A stretch of DNA of 63,299 nt, filler included, from Choristocarpus tenellus KU-1152 (taxonomy: Eukaryota; Protista; Phaeophyceae), in assembly GCA_964200185.2 (NCBI GenBank). It is 12 parts of 12 records of this genome, joined end to end, with 100 filler letters (N's around TTAATTAATTAA, not from the genome) between each part and the next. Parts side by side here need not be neighbours in the genome. Positions count along the whole stretch, not along the records: positions 23,924 to 27,265 come from CAXNAD020020687.1; positions 27,366 to 34,212 come from CAXNAD020007227.1; positions 34,313 to 38,807 come from CAXNAD020014296.1; 9 more parts are not named here. One strand, given 5' to 3'. This document shows positions 23,924 to 36,315 of this stretch, in pieces. The notes below the pieces were generated by a model that saw nothing but the letters and a program-made list of their open reading frames with translations, made no database searches and was not told the DNA's origin. Every line of letters begins with the position of its first letter. Position 1 is the stretch's first letter. The position numbers were made by a program, and so were the translations under genes.

Positions 23924-26900
23924 TACAAATACCGTCTCTTCATTTTTAGATTGTTTCTTCTACATAATCTTCTTTTACACATGAATAAAAAGCATATTCT
24001 TAGCAGCAGGCAGCTAATGAAGCATCATCAATGATACCCAGCATGTGTTCAGCAACCCCATTAAATTGAGGACTGTCTGGAGGTGTGAAATCCTGTTTAA
24101 TCCCGTGTTCACGGCAAAGAGCATCGAAGGCACCCTCACAAAACTCCCACCCATTGTCAGACCGCATGCACATGACACGAGAGGGAGTACTGTCAGCCCA
24201 TATATTGGCCAGGTACTCCTTGAAGGCTTCAGCAGGATCGGACTTAAGATGAAGGAAATACAATCAAACAAAACGAGAATGGTCGTCCCGAATTATCATG
24301 GTGTAATGCTTACCGCCAAGGAGCCAAAGTATCTTAGAGGGTAGGGCCTCATCCATTTGGGGGCCAAAATCCAACGTTGCGATTTTGATGTAGTTTTGGC
24401 TATCGTGTTTGTTTGGAAGTTTCAATAGCCTTGTTCTGGACACACCTTTTCATGACGTATACATTTTACCTAATCCGAAACATTTCGGACTAGGAAAATG
24501 TCATAAAAATATGCCATGGGAAGTCAAGCCCCAAATGGACAAACAGGGCAAAACTCGTACCCTCTAAGATACTTTCACTCTATAGTGTTGTACACATTTC
24601 AATCGAATACAACCTTGAATTCATCTTGACCAAATTTAAGTCAACAAAAACCCACCCCAGTTTTCTCACTGCCCGTGAAGATGTGCTAGATGAGATCCCC
24701 TTCCATATGTCTTTACTCATTGAGCAGCCAGCACATGCCTCCAACTCCCCCATCAATGTAATGCCTATTGAAGAGGCAGTGGATTTGAGCAAAGCCTCGT
24801 GAGCATGGCCATACACGCAATGGAAATGGTTAATATCCACCTCAGTGCAGGGGGTAGAGTTGTTTGTGTGTTTGTGCGCGAGGGGGCGATGGTAGCTTTA
24901 AGAGCAGTGTCAGCAATTTTAGACAGTCACAGCAAAATTCGTTGACCGTGCAGGGTGTAGTGACAACCAGGAATTCTCTTGAAAACGAGTTTGCCATCTA
25001 CAAATGAGAACGTACTAACTGTGCCAGCACATTTCGCACCCATGCCTGCTGTAGCTTGGTAAGAAAATAGATTAATTCCAAGATTTGGGACATGAGGGAC
25101 ATTGTGCAGTAGCATCTCCACTTCCTAATTTTCACGCGAGGTTAGGGAAACAAGATAGTTAGATCTCCATGACCTGCAAGGTGGAAGGAATTCTGAGTAG
25201 CAGTAATCATCCTTTGATCGACAACACAAGGCATGTAGTTTGACATGCAAGTTTTCATGTTTGTCAAGTGGCATGAGTCCACGTTGTCACAAATCCACTC
25301 TTCTCTTCGTGTACCAACCCCAACACCTGACACCAGACACCCACCTAACCCACACTTGCCTTGAGCATTGCTGCTTGGAGAGTCTTCAGTGGCGGCCACT
25401 AGTACGTACCGCTCGTTGTTGCTACTGCTGATCACACATTCCACAGTAATGTGGGAAGATTCCGCCTCGGTCTCGTCCTTTTCTTCCCCAGCTACCACTG
25501 TGGTCATAAACACTGAAGTACATGTAGCATCATGAGCACGTCCACCACACTTTGTGCAAATGCGTATTGGGGCTATCTACCTCCTCATGTACATTCTTCC
25601 CAGACCTCTCTCAAGGAATCTACTCCGAACTTTTAGGGTTAGCATTAGAACCATTCTTCTTCTTTCCTCCATGAAATATATGGCCCCCTCCGTGGCCTTG
25701 GCCATTACGATGAATCTAACTCTTTTTATGTCTTGAATTTCCAGTCATTGAACTTCCAGCAACGAGAGCATGACTGTTCTTCGTTATTGATGTGTATCTC
25801 TCACGGATCGTCTTCCTGACATCCGCTGGAGACAACGTGCCCCAAGAAGAAATCATGCGCACCTCAGTGTCATAATCAGATCGCAGTGCACTCAGAAACT
25901 GAAGTAGTATTTTTCACAGACAACGAGGCCCATCGTCATTATCCGGCCCCGTAAGAACTCAACTTCCTTTAGAGTGAGGAATGGGTTAGCCCCCTTCTCC
26001 ACCTTTGAAGAGAAGACTTGCTGAAATTAATCTTTTCTGTTGCCTGCCGTGTTTGGCATAAACCAGTCGTCCACAGCTGCAAAAATCTCGCTAGGACTCA
26101 GGTGTATGCAGCATGAACCCTCCGTGGCAGGGGCAACAATAGCAATGGTGAGCACATAATATGCTTCCTTAGCCATCAAAATCTCATTCGTGTTAAACCC
26201 ATCAGCAAGTAGTTTCTCCTGCGATTGCTCCAGATTGATTGGTCTTGGGGCAGTGCAGATAAACACCCCGTGTACTTATAAGTGGATCATGAACCGCCTT
26301 CTCCAATCACGATAGTTGGAGTTGTCCACCAACTTGGGCGGTTGGGCCTTTCTTCGTTGCCTTCTCCCGTAGGGAGGAAGATCAATTCCAGACCCTGATA
26401 CTGACGAAGAACCTGATCTCCAGCTGCTATCACTCTGAACGTTGAGTCCGTCCAGGCTGTCACCATTCCAAAACCTTCCCCCACAACAGGCTTAACAGGT
26501 CCGACTTCGGCCGCTACAAAGCCAGCTTGCAGCCGTGTGCTGGGCACAGCAGGTTGGACGAAGAGACGATCCCCACTGCAGACTCTATTAACATTAATCT
26601 CTAATAGACGGTCCCAGTCTATCTTCAGCTCTTGTATCACCTTAGATAGGTCCTCCATAGTAGAGGAGAGTTGCTGATAACGATCTTCAGCGAGGGTGGG
26701 CTCACTTCGGCCCTTACCATGGACTGGTGTCTCTTCTCCTAGGAAAGACATGATAAGCACAGGTAGAAACCTATCGTTCCACTATATTATGTTCAAGTAT
26801 ACCCCGGCTCATGTATGGATAGAAGAGATAAATACAGAAGTATTACCAAATGTTGTAGAGTGATTATTACCAAGCAGCGGGGGTGACCATACAACCCCAA

Positions 26901-27042
26901 AACACCATGCTTAATGGAATTAATTCCTATCCATTCGTATTCAAGAACAAATATGGATTAACCAACTAATAATTCTTGTATTCTGACTCTGTATGTATAC
27001 TGCTACTGATATCCGTTATCGCTGGAGATGTCTAGTTGAACA
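23924..27042 (-). mobile_element. Ty1/Copia 5' part: 5' LTR (26790-27042), gag, protease, integrase
   Basis: LTR TGTTCAA...TTGAACA; zinc knuckle CTKCGGRAH; protease EEWICDNVDSCH; HFHCVYGHAH...CAGC; RSDNGWEF; TPPDSPQFNGVAE. Confidence 0.93.
24321..24580. mobile_element. MITE family A within Copia integrase
   Basis: Full TIRs GAGCCAAAGTATCTTAGAGGGTA / TACCCTCTAAGATACTTTCACTC; no TSD. Confidence 0.92.
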
Positions 27043-27204
27043 GGGGTGGTGACTGTCCATGTGGGGGCCATTTTTCTATGTCGCAATTTTGGGAGAATTT
27101 GGTTACATGCATCGGATGGATAATTTAAGTGCATTTTTCCTGGTAAGGCCCTGAATGAACACCCTGGTGTAGGCCTCCCCCCCCCCCCACAAATACTTTG
27201 AGTC
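27043..27204. mobile_element. MITE family C, cut at the left by the Copia LTR
   Basis: Homologous to 36131-36315; ends ATACTTTGAGTC. Confidence 0.8.
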
Positions 27205-27526
27205 TAAAAATAAAAAACACTTATTTTTCTTTTTTAGTGTTTAGAGTCAAAGTTCACCACATACGNNNNNNNNNNNNNNNNNNNNNNNNNNNNNNNNNNN
27301 NNNNNNNNNTTAATTAATTAANNNNNNNNNNNNNNNNNNNNNNNNNNNNNNNNNNNNNNNNNNNNCCCGGTGGTTCTCTTCACCACCCTTGCCTGAGTGA
27401 ACCACGCCGCCACAGAATCACACGATTCACACATATATATATAGTTTTCATTGGTTTTCCCCTGACACATCTGCAAAATGTCAGATGGCATAATAATATA
27501 TAGAAATCCTTCTTGCTAGTTGTTAC

Positions 27527-27774
27527 TATATATTTATTATTATGCCCTCCGACATTTTGCAGATGTGTGAGGGGGGATACAAATGGGCCCTAAAGAAATA
27601 AAATATCATAAATGTGAAAAACACTATCTGTTACTTCAGCACTATCAATATTATACTACTGCCTTCCTGTGCTTCCAATCTACCTACTCCTGCGCCCCGG
27701 GGGAAGGAGCTAGGGAGGCATCCCAAGAATCCAATAAACCCCTCCGTACCCATCTCCCTGGTGAATCTAGCTTA
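27527..27774 (-). mobile_element. 5'-truncated inverted copy of the CRE-like element 3' end
   Basis: Reverse complement of about 28955-29250, with small deletions. Confidence 0.85.
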
Positions 27775-27785
27775 CTATTAAGATG

Positions 27786-29253
27786 GAGGGGTGTCTGGGC
27801 CTCTCCTCTATGAAACACCGCCAACATGCGGCTTTCGTAGGATCGCTGGTGGCTACTCTCCCCACCCTCCTAGCAAGGCAGCAAGGGCTTCATGGCGAGT
27901 CCTTTCACAAGCTATATGTACAAGCCCTACAATACAGGCCTTAGGATTGTCCATACACACCCTCCTTTCTATAGGCGTCCCCTCAGAAGACCTTGCTGAA
28001 ATCATTGGCCAAGACTGGGTAACCTGGGGGGGAACAGCACCCCCTGCACCTGCCCCAGAAGTCCACATCCTAGCAGCTCATGACGCCAGGATCACAAGGA
28101 GGGCTCAACACGAGATCACACGCCTTCTCAACAAGATTCTTTTGGACTCCTTCAGGACACAACTGGCCGACCTTCCAAATGAGGCACACCAAGGGAGGGA
28201 AAGCTCTTCATTAGCCCTAACCCGCCACCGGAGCCATTGTGGACATGGGGCAAACGCTTGGGCCTCGACTCAACCTCTGGAACCAGCGTGCCAGATCCCC
28301 CCTCTGGAATTCAAGCTCACAGTCAGCAGATTCCTAGGGAGGGAGGAGGTCCTATCAAACAGGTGCCAAGTGGCAGGGTGCAGGAGGCAAAATGTCAATA
28401 CCAGACATGCCCGCCCGCACCTACCCCAAGGCAGGGGGACAGGTACGACAGCACACTCCAATGGTTAAACGCCTGCACTAACTATGCAAGGGGATGGGCA
28501 TACCTTGCACTACAGAAGATGGTAGCCCTTTCACAGTGGACAGGAATCTCCGCATGGACCTGGTGTTCCATGCAGGGCACTAGCGAATGCCGGAACAGCT
28601 CCCTACAGGGACAAAGTTCTTCTGCTAGACGTCAACTTTGCAGAGGTACAGGCAACCTCCCACTTAACCCACTGATCCACCAGCAATGATTAGCTGCTGC
28701 TACAGCCGAGGCGCGAAAGTGCAACCACTATGAGGGTTCCTTTGATCCTTGTAGTCATAACCTCAACACCTTTGCGGTGGAAAGTTTTGAGTGCCTCGGC
28801 AAGCAAGCGGAATGCTTCCTGGAAGAGCTGGCTACTCACGTGGTAGGGGGGAGAGGAGCTGGAGGATATTGCAGGAAAGGAGTAGTTAAATCCCTGCTAC
28901 TCCAAATCGTTTCGGTGACTACGCAAGTGACATTGTCTTGATGTGTCATGCGCTTTAAACTAGAGTCACCAGGGAGATGGGCACGGAGGGGTTTGTTGGA
29001 TTCTTGGGATGCCTCCCTAGCTCCCCCCCCCCTGGGCCCAGGAGTAGGTAGATGGGAAGCACAGGAAGACAGTAGTACAATATTGATAATGGTGAAGTAA
29101 CTGATAGATTAGTGGTGGTTTTCACACTTGCAGTATTTTACAGTGTTTTCATATTTATTATATTTTATTTCTTTAGTGCTAATAATGACATACGTACAGT
29201 TTTCATTTGTTTCCCCCCTCACACATCTGCAAAATGTCAGACATAATAAAAAT
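27786..29253 (+). mobile_element. 5'-truncated CRE-like non-LTR retrotransposon (zinc finger, REL endonuclease, 3' UTR)
   Basis: Homologous to 59728-60445. C-x4-C...HAR..CP finger, RMDLV, LLDV and TFAVESFECLG endonuclease motifs; 3' stem-loop and TAA-rich tail. Confidence 0.88.
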
Positions 29254-31824
29254 ATTGAAAAGCATTATGACCTCGGTAAGACCCTCGGGGCAACACTCCA
29301 AGTTTTGATGATCTCATAAAGGAATGATCCAATCGAAGCGACCAATTCGCATTTGTTTTAGCTAACCAAAATGCTACAAAATCTGCATTGTACACGACAA
29401 GGCTCACAATGGTTTGGGTACCATGGGAGATGCGCGTGTCATGTTTGCTTGCATGTCACACCCTTTCGCTGCCTCAGCCGAAACTCCGCTCGTTAGGCAG
29501 GAACTAGGACTACCTCGCTAGTACAGGACATCCATGCACGATGACGTATCAAGTCAAACTTCGCTGCCACGCCAAGAGGTTGTCAATAGTGTACTGGCAA
29601 CTCTCGCACGGATGCTTCAACCTGTTTTAACCCAGAACTCCTTGCCCGCTGTCTGTGCTGCCTTAGATGAACAGCTTGCTTCGGTTCCTGCAGCATACGA
29701 ACCTCGTTCATTCCAAAAAGCAATGCATCACAACCAGTTCGACCAGTCACATCCGTTCCCCAGCCTGTGCTTCGATCCGCACTTGCTTTAGCCACAGACA
29801 GGGCGAGAGATAGAAGTCGACACCATTCGGAAAAAGACCTACCTCCATCGCTCAATCCACTGGGGAATGTCCAGAGAATGGTAAAAATAGACGGAAGCTT
29901 ACACGGGCTAAGGCAGACTGCTCTTTCGTGACCGGGCGCCCACTAACCGTGCTGAAGATTGTTTGAATTTACCCGTCACCTTCGGGTGGCGTTTCTTTTT
30001 TTCCATTTTTTCTTTTTGATAGTGAATTCATTTTGTGGAATGATCTGATTTTCGTGGTGGATTTTCTTATCGCTGTTAGACAAAATACCATAATGTATTT
30101 CATGTTGTCCAAAAACTATATTACTAGAGGATTAGATTATATGACATATCCATTTCAAGTTTTTTTTTCCAACTTCGGAGGATTCAACACAGGACACGGA
30201 GCTACATTTGTTGGAAGTGTTGAACTTCTAACAAAACAGAGAGATAGTAGTACTTAGTATGAATAATCTATACAGAACTTGATATCTTTCTATTCTTGAA
30301 ACCGAAGCAGTAGTATCTCAACTTCAACCTACTACTTCTCCACCCCACTATCTTGAATGGTTCTCTCTCTGTATCTAATTTAGTGATTTTGTATCATTTG
30401 TGTGAGAAATCATATATGATCCAAAAACGTATTCCAAAGAAAGCACTATAGATTCCACATTGAGAAAACAGAAATATGGACCCAAAACCAAAAACAATAT
30501 AGAGAAGAAGAGAAAAAGTTGAGAAGGAGGAATAGAAGAGAATCACCACAAAAAGAAGACCACTTCATCCATTGCAATCGTGGTGTTGATGGTTTCTGTA
30601 ATCTTACCTCCTTTCTCATGTCTGTAATCTACCTAGTACAGTTTCTTTGGAATGCAACTTGACTATGAACCTCGTTGTATTGCAGCACACACTCATTCTC
30701 CTCTTGTTAGATAGTCACACTCGAACTTGTTAACATTGTGTTTGAGACATATATATGTATCACTAGTTCTGCCCCGTTCCACCTTCCTTCGCTTTCCATA
30801 CACATGTTCGTTAAACCCAAGTATGTTCACATGTCATCGTGATAGGAGAAACTAATGTTGGAAATAGGGAGGTGGAGTTAGGATAAGTTTGTCGTATTGC
30901 AATGACATGATGTTTTGGTACGGATATCAGAATACTAATAATATCATGGACATTCATGTAATATTTGATTGGAAGATGATCACACTTGAGTTTCATGTAT
31001 GACAAAAATTATGGTCAAAACATCTGTAAAATATTGATGGATGAATCTAATGGATGAATAATGGTAAAGTAATACGTAATATCTGGTAAGTTAGAGTAGA
31101 TGTTTGATGTCATTTTGGAGAACACCAAAAAATAATATCAATACTTCCCATTGGCGGTCAGAAAGTCAATACAAAAATATATTATCAGCTAGAAAAAGTA
31201 GAAATATATATGATACAGTATTGAATAATGGATAATAGTGTATCACATCAGCATACGATATGTACAAAATAGAACATATTGAGATAAATGAATATATATA
31301 AGATTCTACTCTATAAAATAGTAGAATTAATATTCTGGTATCACAACATCTCCAGAATATTAAGATAGTAATGTTCAAAATGATATCGTATCAAATATCA
31401 TAGCAAACTACTTATCAGTCTCATTAATACAGATTCTGACATTAATTAAACCTGAATCTATAAATATTTTTCATTCTAGGTTTGAATTTTGGGATGTGGA
31501 GGGAACCATTCAAAACCTATATTTGGTAATGAATAGTCAATTTGTACTTAATCCTCGATTTTGTCCATAAATTAGACATATTTTTTGGTTGTATGTGTAT
31601 TCTGAATATGAAATATCGGAATCTTTCATTTGGATGTTCGGAAGAGCCACCATCTTTGTGCCTTGAAGGTTTCAGTTGATTCTTGTAGGGGATGAGAGGA
31701 TGGAGGTTGTTATGGAGGGGATGGATTAGAGAGAATAACGGTGTAAAGCAAACTTGAGCACCCCCAAATCTGGGTCGGGGAGGGATCCCCGGTAGTCTCA
31801 GCAAGTTGACGTGTAGTCTTCCTC

Positions 31825-33589
31825 ATGCAGAAGTCACGTGTTGCTGCTGCTGTAGCTGTGGGATCACGGGTGACAGTCGCTGGCAAGAAGGGCGAGGTAT
31901 TGATCTCCCACCAAAACCGTTGTTCCCTTTATCCTCATTTTGCTTCCACCAACTGCGTTGACATGTGGGGCGTTCTTATCTTTATGGTGATTAAATAACC
32001 GATTTGGACCGAGTTAGTGGATGCAAGCAAGCAGTTGACATTCTCCTCTGGTGGTTGTGTAAGTATGGTATTGCACCTGGTGCCTTAGATGCTGGAAGGT
32101 GATAGAGTGCCTCCAAATTGGCACAATGATGATAATTTCCCAGGGTTCCTTGAGTACTGTGAGTTCTTGCAACCTTCTTCACAAGTTCATCTGTTAATTC
32201 GTATACTTGTGGGCTTTGCTCTGTGGAGGGAAACTTGTGATACAACTCTCTATTATTTGCCACATTCAGGTTGAGTAAGAATGACGTTTATCTCTGTTGT
32301 AGATGCCGCACATGCTAGATGCCGCACATGCTAGATGCCGCACATGCTGATACCACCAACTTATGCAAATCCACCTGTTACATAAACTTAACGTTGACTG
32401 GCTCACACAATGCTGATCGACCCTCTTAACCTTGGTGGGGTTTGCGAGACTAAAAATAATGTGGCAACGAAGAGTTCTCATCTTCTATCTTGTAATGACC
32501 CTTTCACTTCATTTACTGCTTTATTGCATTTGATCTCTGGAAGCTTTTCTCAAGAATCATACGCGAAGTGTTGTGTGCTTTCATGTTGCCACTTCTCATA
32601 GTCCCCTCCAACCCTTCGTCCTTGTCGACAAATTCTGTGCCTCCTTAGGTGAAGTTCTTGGGTGGTACGGAATTTGCTGCTGGAGAATGGATTGGGGTGG
32701 AGCTGGATACGCCGGAGGGAAAGAATGACGGTTCGGTAAACGGTGTGCACTATTTTGAGTGCCGTGATGGACACGGCCTCTTCGTAAAGAAGGCACAGGT
32801 AATCCCCCTCCATATTCCGTTGCAGGATGTAGGAATTCAAAATGGTGAACACAGACTGATGAAGCCTTTGTTTTCCAACTCATCAGATACGGTTAGAGAA
32901 GAGCTCTACGATTTCTGTGCCAAGAATTGAGGCTGCTGCCACCCCTGGCTCTGCTACCTCCGACTTTGCTGCCCCGTCCCCAGCAACTGTGGGAACGCGT
33001 GGTTCGAAGTTGGCGGCCATCCGAGAGAGGAACAGGGTAGGTTTTGCATGCCTGTTTCGTTAGAGTTTGTATTATGGTAGAAGGATACGAACATACTGGA
33101 TTACGAACTTCAAGTACCTCAATTCAATACCTTTATATTCTAATTTTTGCTGATACTGCAAATGTGATAAGATCGAGTGTGATTTGTGAAACACTTGCCT
33201 TCCCTGCCCGCTCTCTCCCCCTTTGCTACTGATCGATTTATCATAGATTGAGTATTAAAGTTTCATCTTGTGATGCAAAGCTTTCAGAGTAAAACTGAAA
33301 TGTTGTGATCCACACAGATCAGCAATTGACAAACATGATACTTAACATGGTAGTTGCCTAAATTTCTAGGAAATAAATGGTCCTTAGCAACAATCTCTTG
33401 TTATTGCTACTTGCAGGCCCTTAAGGCTTCCCTGGTGGCGGGAAAGACTCCCACCCTTAGCAGTTCCTCAAGTAGCACTGGACTCCGCTCCCCGTCTGGC
33501 TCTGTCGCTCTGGCCCAAGCTCCCAGCAGTCCCAGCTCTGCTGGAAGTTCTGTTGTGGATTTCGCGATTGGAGCTCCTTCCACCTCAAG
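31825..33589 (+). CDS. CAP-Gly domain protein (dynactin p150Glued-like), 5' exons 31825-31896, 32649-32798, 32887-33036, 33417-33589; 3' part not found
   Basis: In-frame GT-AG exons: VGSRVTVAGKKGE|VKFLGGTEFAAGEWIGVELDTPEGKNDGSVNGVHYFEC...HGLFVK, followed by a basic Ser/Pro-rich linker. Confidence 0.88.
32299..32348. repeat. 16-bp tandem repeat x3 (intronic)
   Basis: TAGATGCCGCACATGC repeated three times. Confidence 0.9.
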
Positions 33590-34916
33590 GTGGGCTGATG
33601 CGTAGTCTTCAGGGGAGGTGTAATGGGATAAGGGTGATGTGAATGGGGCTGATTGCCAAGTCTTTTCATGGTAATGTGCACTGTATTGTGGACTTGAACG
33701 TTTGCAGCAATTCATTCGGCGGTTAGATATTTGAGGGAGTCACCTACAGTTGCAGCAACTCCTGGAAATTGCACACCTTGAACAACACCAGACAGTTATT
33801 GTTACAAACATCTGATGTGTTTTGGACTCGAGTGTTCCGTCACAGCACATAAATCGACACGTACAAGATTTGTCTATTGCTGGAAGTATATTTTCATCTT
33901 GAGGGTCAGTGTAACATTTGTTCGTGGATATAGCAATGTGATACTTGGTAAATGTACTGAGATTGTTGAGAACCTGGAACAACATCACACTCTCGTAACA
34001 TCATTTAATAATTCGTCTTTTAACTTTTTCCTAGTTCCTACGGACATAGCGTGTATAACATACGTTTTGCTAAATGGCTAATATGGCGTGTCATATTTTT
34101 GGGTTTTGTTCATGTCCACGGTGTGGAATACCATGTGTGTTTGAAGCCCCCCCCCTCCCCCACCCATCCCCCTATTCTCTCCTCTTTAACTTTTCCTCTT
34201 CCCTTGCCTCTCNNNNNNNNNNNNNNNNNNNNNNNNNNNNNNNNNNNNNNNNNNNNTTAATTAATTAANNNNNNNNNNNNNNNNNNNNNNNNNNNNNNNN
34301 NNNNNNNNNNNNCCCCCAGATACTTTGGGTCACACGGTTTCGATGATAGGGGAGTGTGGCACGACAAATATTTGTACAAGTTTCACAGAGGATGAATTGT
34401 ACCGACAAATATTTGTACATGTTATAAGTACAGGAGTGGTGGTACAGATACGAAAAATGGGACCACTGACCACCTGTTTACGGAAAATTGTACTGTTACA
34501 TCTTTTCAACTCACAAAAGTCAAGGAACACCAACATGCACTCTACAGACGTCATGTTACTTGGGATCATACTAGGACTTCTACAATGAGTAAGTTTTGAA
34601 GGGGGGGTGATATTTTTGAATACTATCCACAGAACAACAAGGGAACGAAGAACTGTATGAAATCTCACTATTAGCAACCTAAGACTTCTCGTACACTATT
34701 GTTCTTTCCTATTAAATCATAACATAGGATTTGTACACGAATGTTCTTTGCTGCTAAACCACAACGTAAGATTTTCTATATAAAGATGAGGTAGGGACGG
34801 ATCACCATGATGCATAATAAGTATTATTTATAGATACATAGCGACAAACCAATACATACATGTTGGTAAAATGGTTAGTAATCTCTACAAATCATGTGTA
34901 CATGGTAACCAGCAAG

Positions 34917-35176
34917 GAGCCAAAGTACACGAGATGTATCCAGTTTTTTTCTGTTTTTCATTTTATGCCAGTTTTTCAATCTTTTGCAATTCACCCATAT
35001 TTCTGTAGCTGAAGTGATATGTTTGACTTTAGAACGTTGATTTCTCTATTGTTTGAAATTTTTTGACACAATTCGGAAAATATCCTATACGCACTTTCAA
35101 AAAAGCAATAAATTTTGCAAATATTCTCCAGTATCCTTAAAATGCAACTCTGCGTAGCTCTCGTTTACTTTGACTC
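34917..35176. mobile_element. MITE family B (260 bp)
   Basis: TIRs GAGCCAAAGTACACGAGA / TCTCGTTTACTTTGACTC; related copies at about 42270-42488 and 17892. Confidence 0.82.
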
Positions 35177-36130
35177 GAGATTACGTCAACAAATTGGGAT
35201 TTGTACATCATTTCCTCAACATTGAGCATTTCCTCAACATGATTTGAGGTACAAGATTCCTAGGTAGAAATGATAATGCATCTTCACAACTCCTTCAAAC
35301 TTCACATACAAATAAATACTTGTACCCCTTTTATCCTACTGATTTGTGAAGCATAAATGAGTTAGAATCGTGATTTGTCCGACGTGCGAACACGTTGCAA
35401 AAGCTCTGCTGTTTCTATTATGATTGCGTGTAGTAGACCTTTTTCATTAACACGAGGCATATACATAGAGCGGGTTCCATCCTGTACATCATCCAACAGG
35501 ATCTTGTTGTATTGTTTACTAAGTACGAATTATAGAACATTTGTATGTGATATATATGGCAACACTGCGTAGTCCATGGAGAGATGAGTTTTGCGCGGTA
35601 ATGGAGTTATTTACCAATGAAAGGCATATGGTATTTCTGTATAATCATGGTTGTAATGTGTTACATAGAAACAGAGAATATTCCATTTATGTCGAACTGA
35701 GAATAATACACTTAGTATTTTATGGAAGAGGTTTGATTCCCGACGTCCATTTCTAGCAGTGCAACAACTGTAGGAATAGTCCATCCAAGTCCAACTCTGG
35801 AGTCCAGAAAGCAATAACAAGTATGATACTAAATTTTGATAGGAGGAGGAGGAGCCCTTCAGATGTTCCTCAGTTCACCATTCAAGTTAATGTTCTATGT
35901 ATACAGGTCAACGGTGGATTTTTGGTACTCTTGAAACATTCATCCTAAAAATAACTTGAGATTTTTTTTTTCACAATAATTTGTTGCTACTCCTTCTCGA
36001 TTAAGTTCAGTGGACCGTTGAGGTCATCCCCACCACAAATAATGAAAAAAAAAGTCCCTTCCCCACAGATCCTATGCGCACGAGTTTATCAGGTAATGGA
36101 TCCTGGCGACAACAAAAACATAGAAGACCT

Positions 36131-36315
36131 GACTCGAAGTATCTGGGCGGGGGGTGGCGGCTGTCCTCTCGGGGCCCTTTTTTACAAGTCGCGATTTTTG
36201 GGAGATTTGGTTGCATGCGTCGTATGGATAATGTACGTTCACTTTTCCACAGTTTTGGACCAAATGGACACCCTGGTGTAGACCCCCCCCTCCCCCCCCC
36301 CAGATACTTTGAGGC
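36131..36315. mobile_element. MITE family C (185 bp), complete
   Basis: GACTCGAAGTATCTGGG ... CCCAGATACTTTGAGGC; 4-bp TSD ACCT. Confidence 0.9.
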
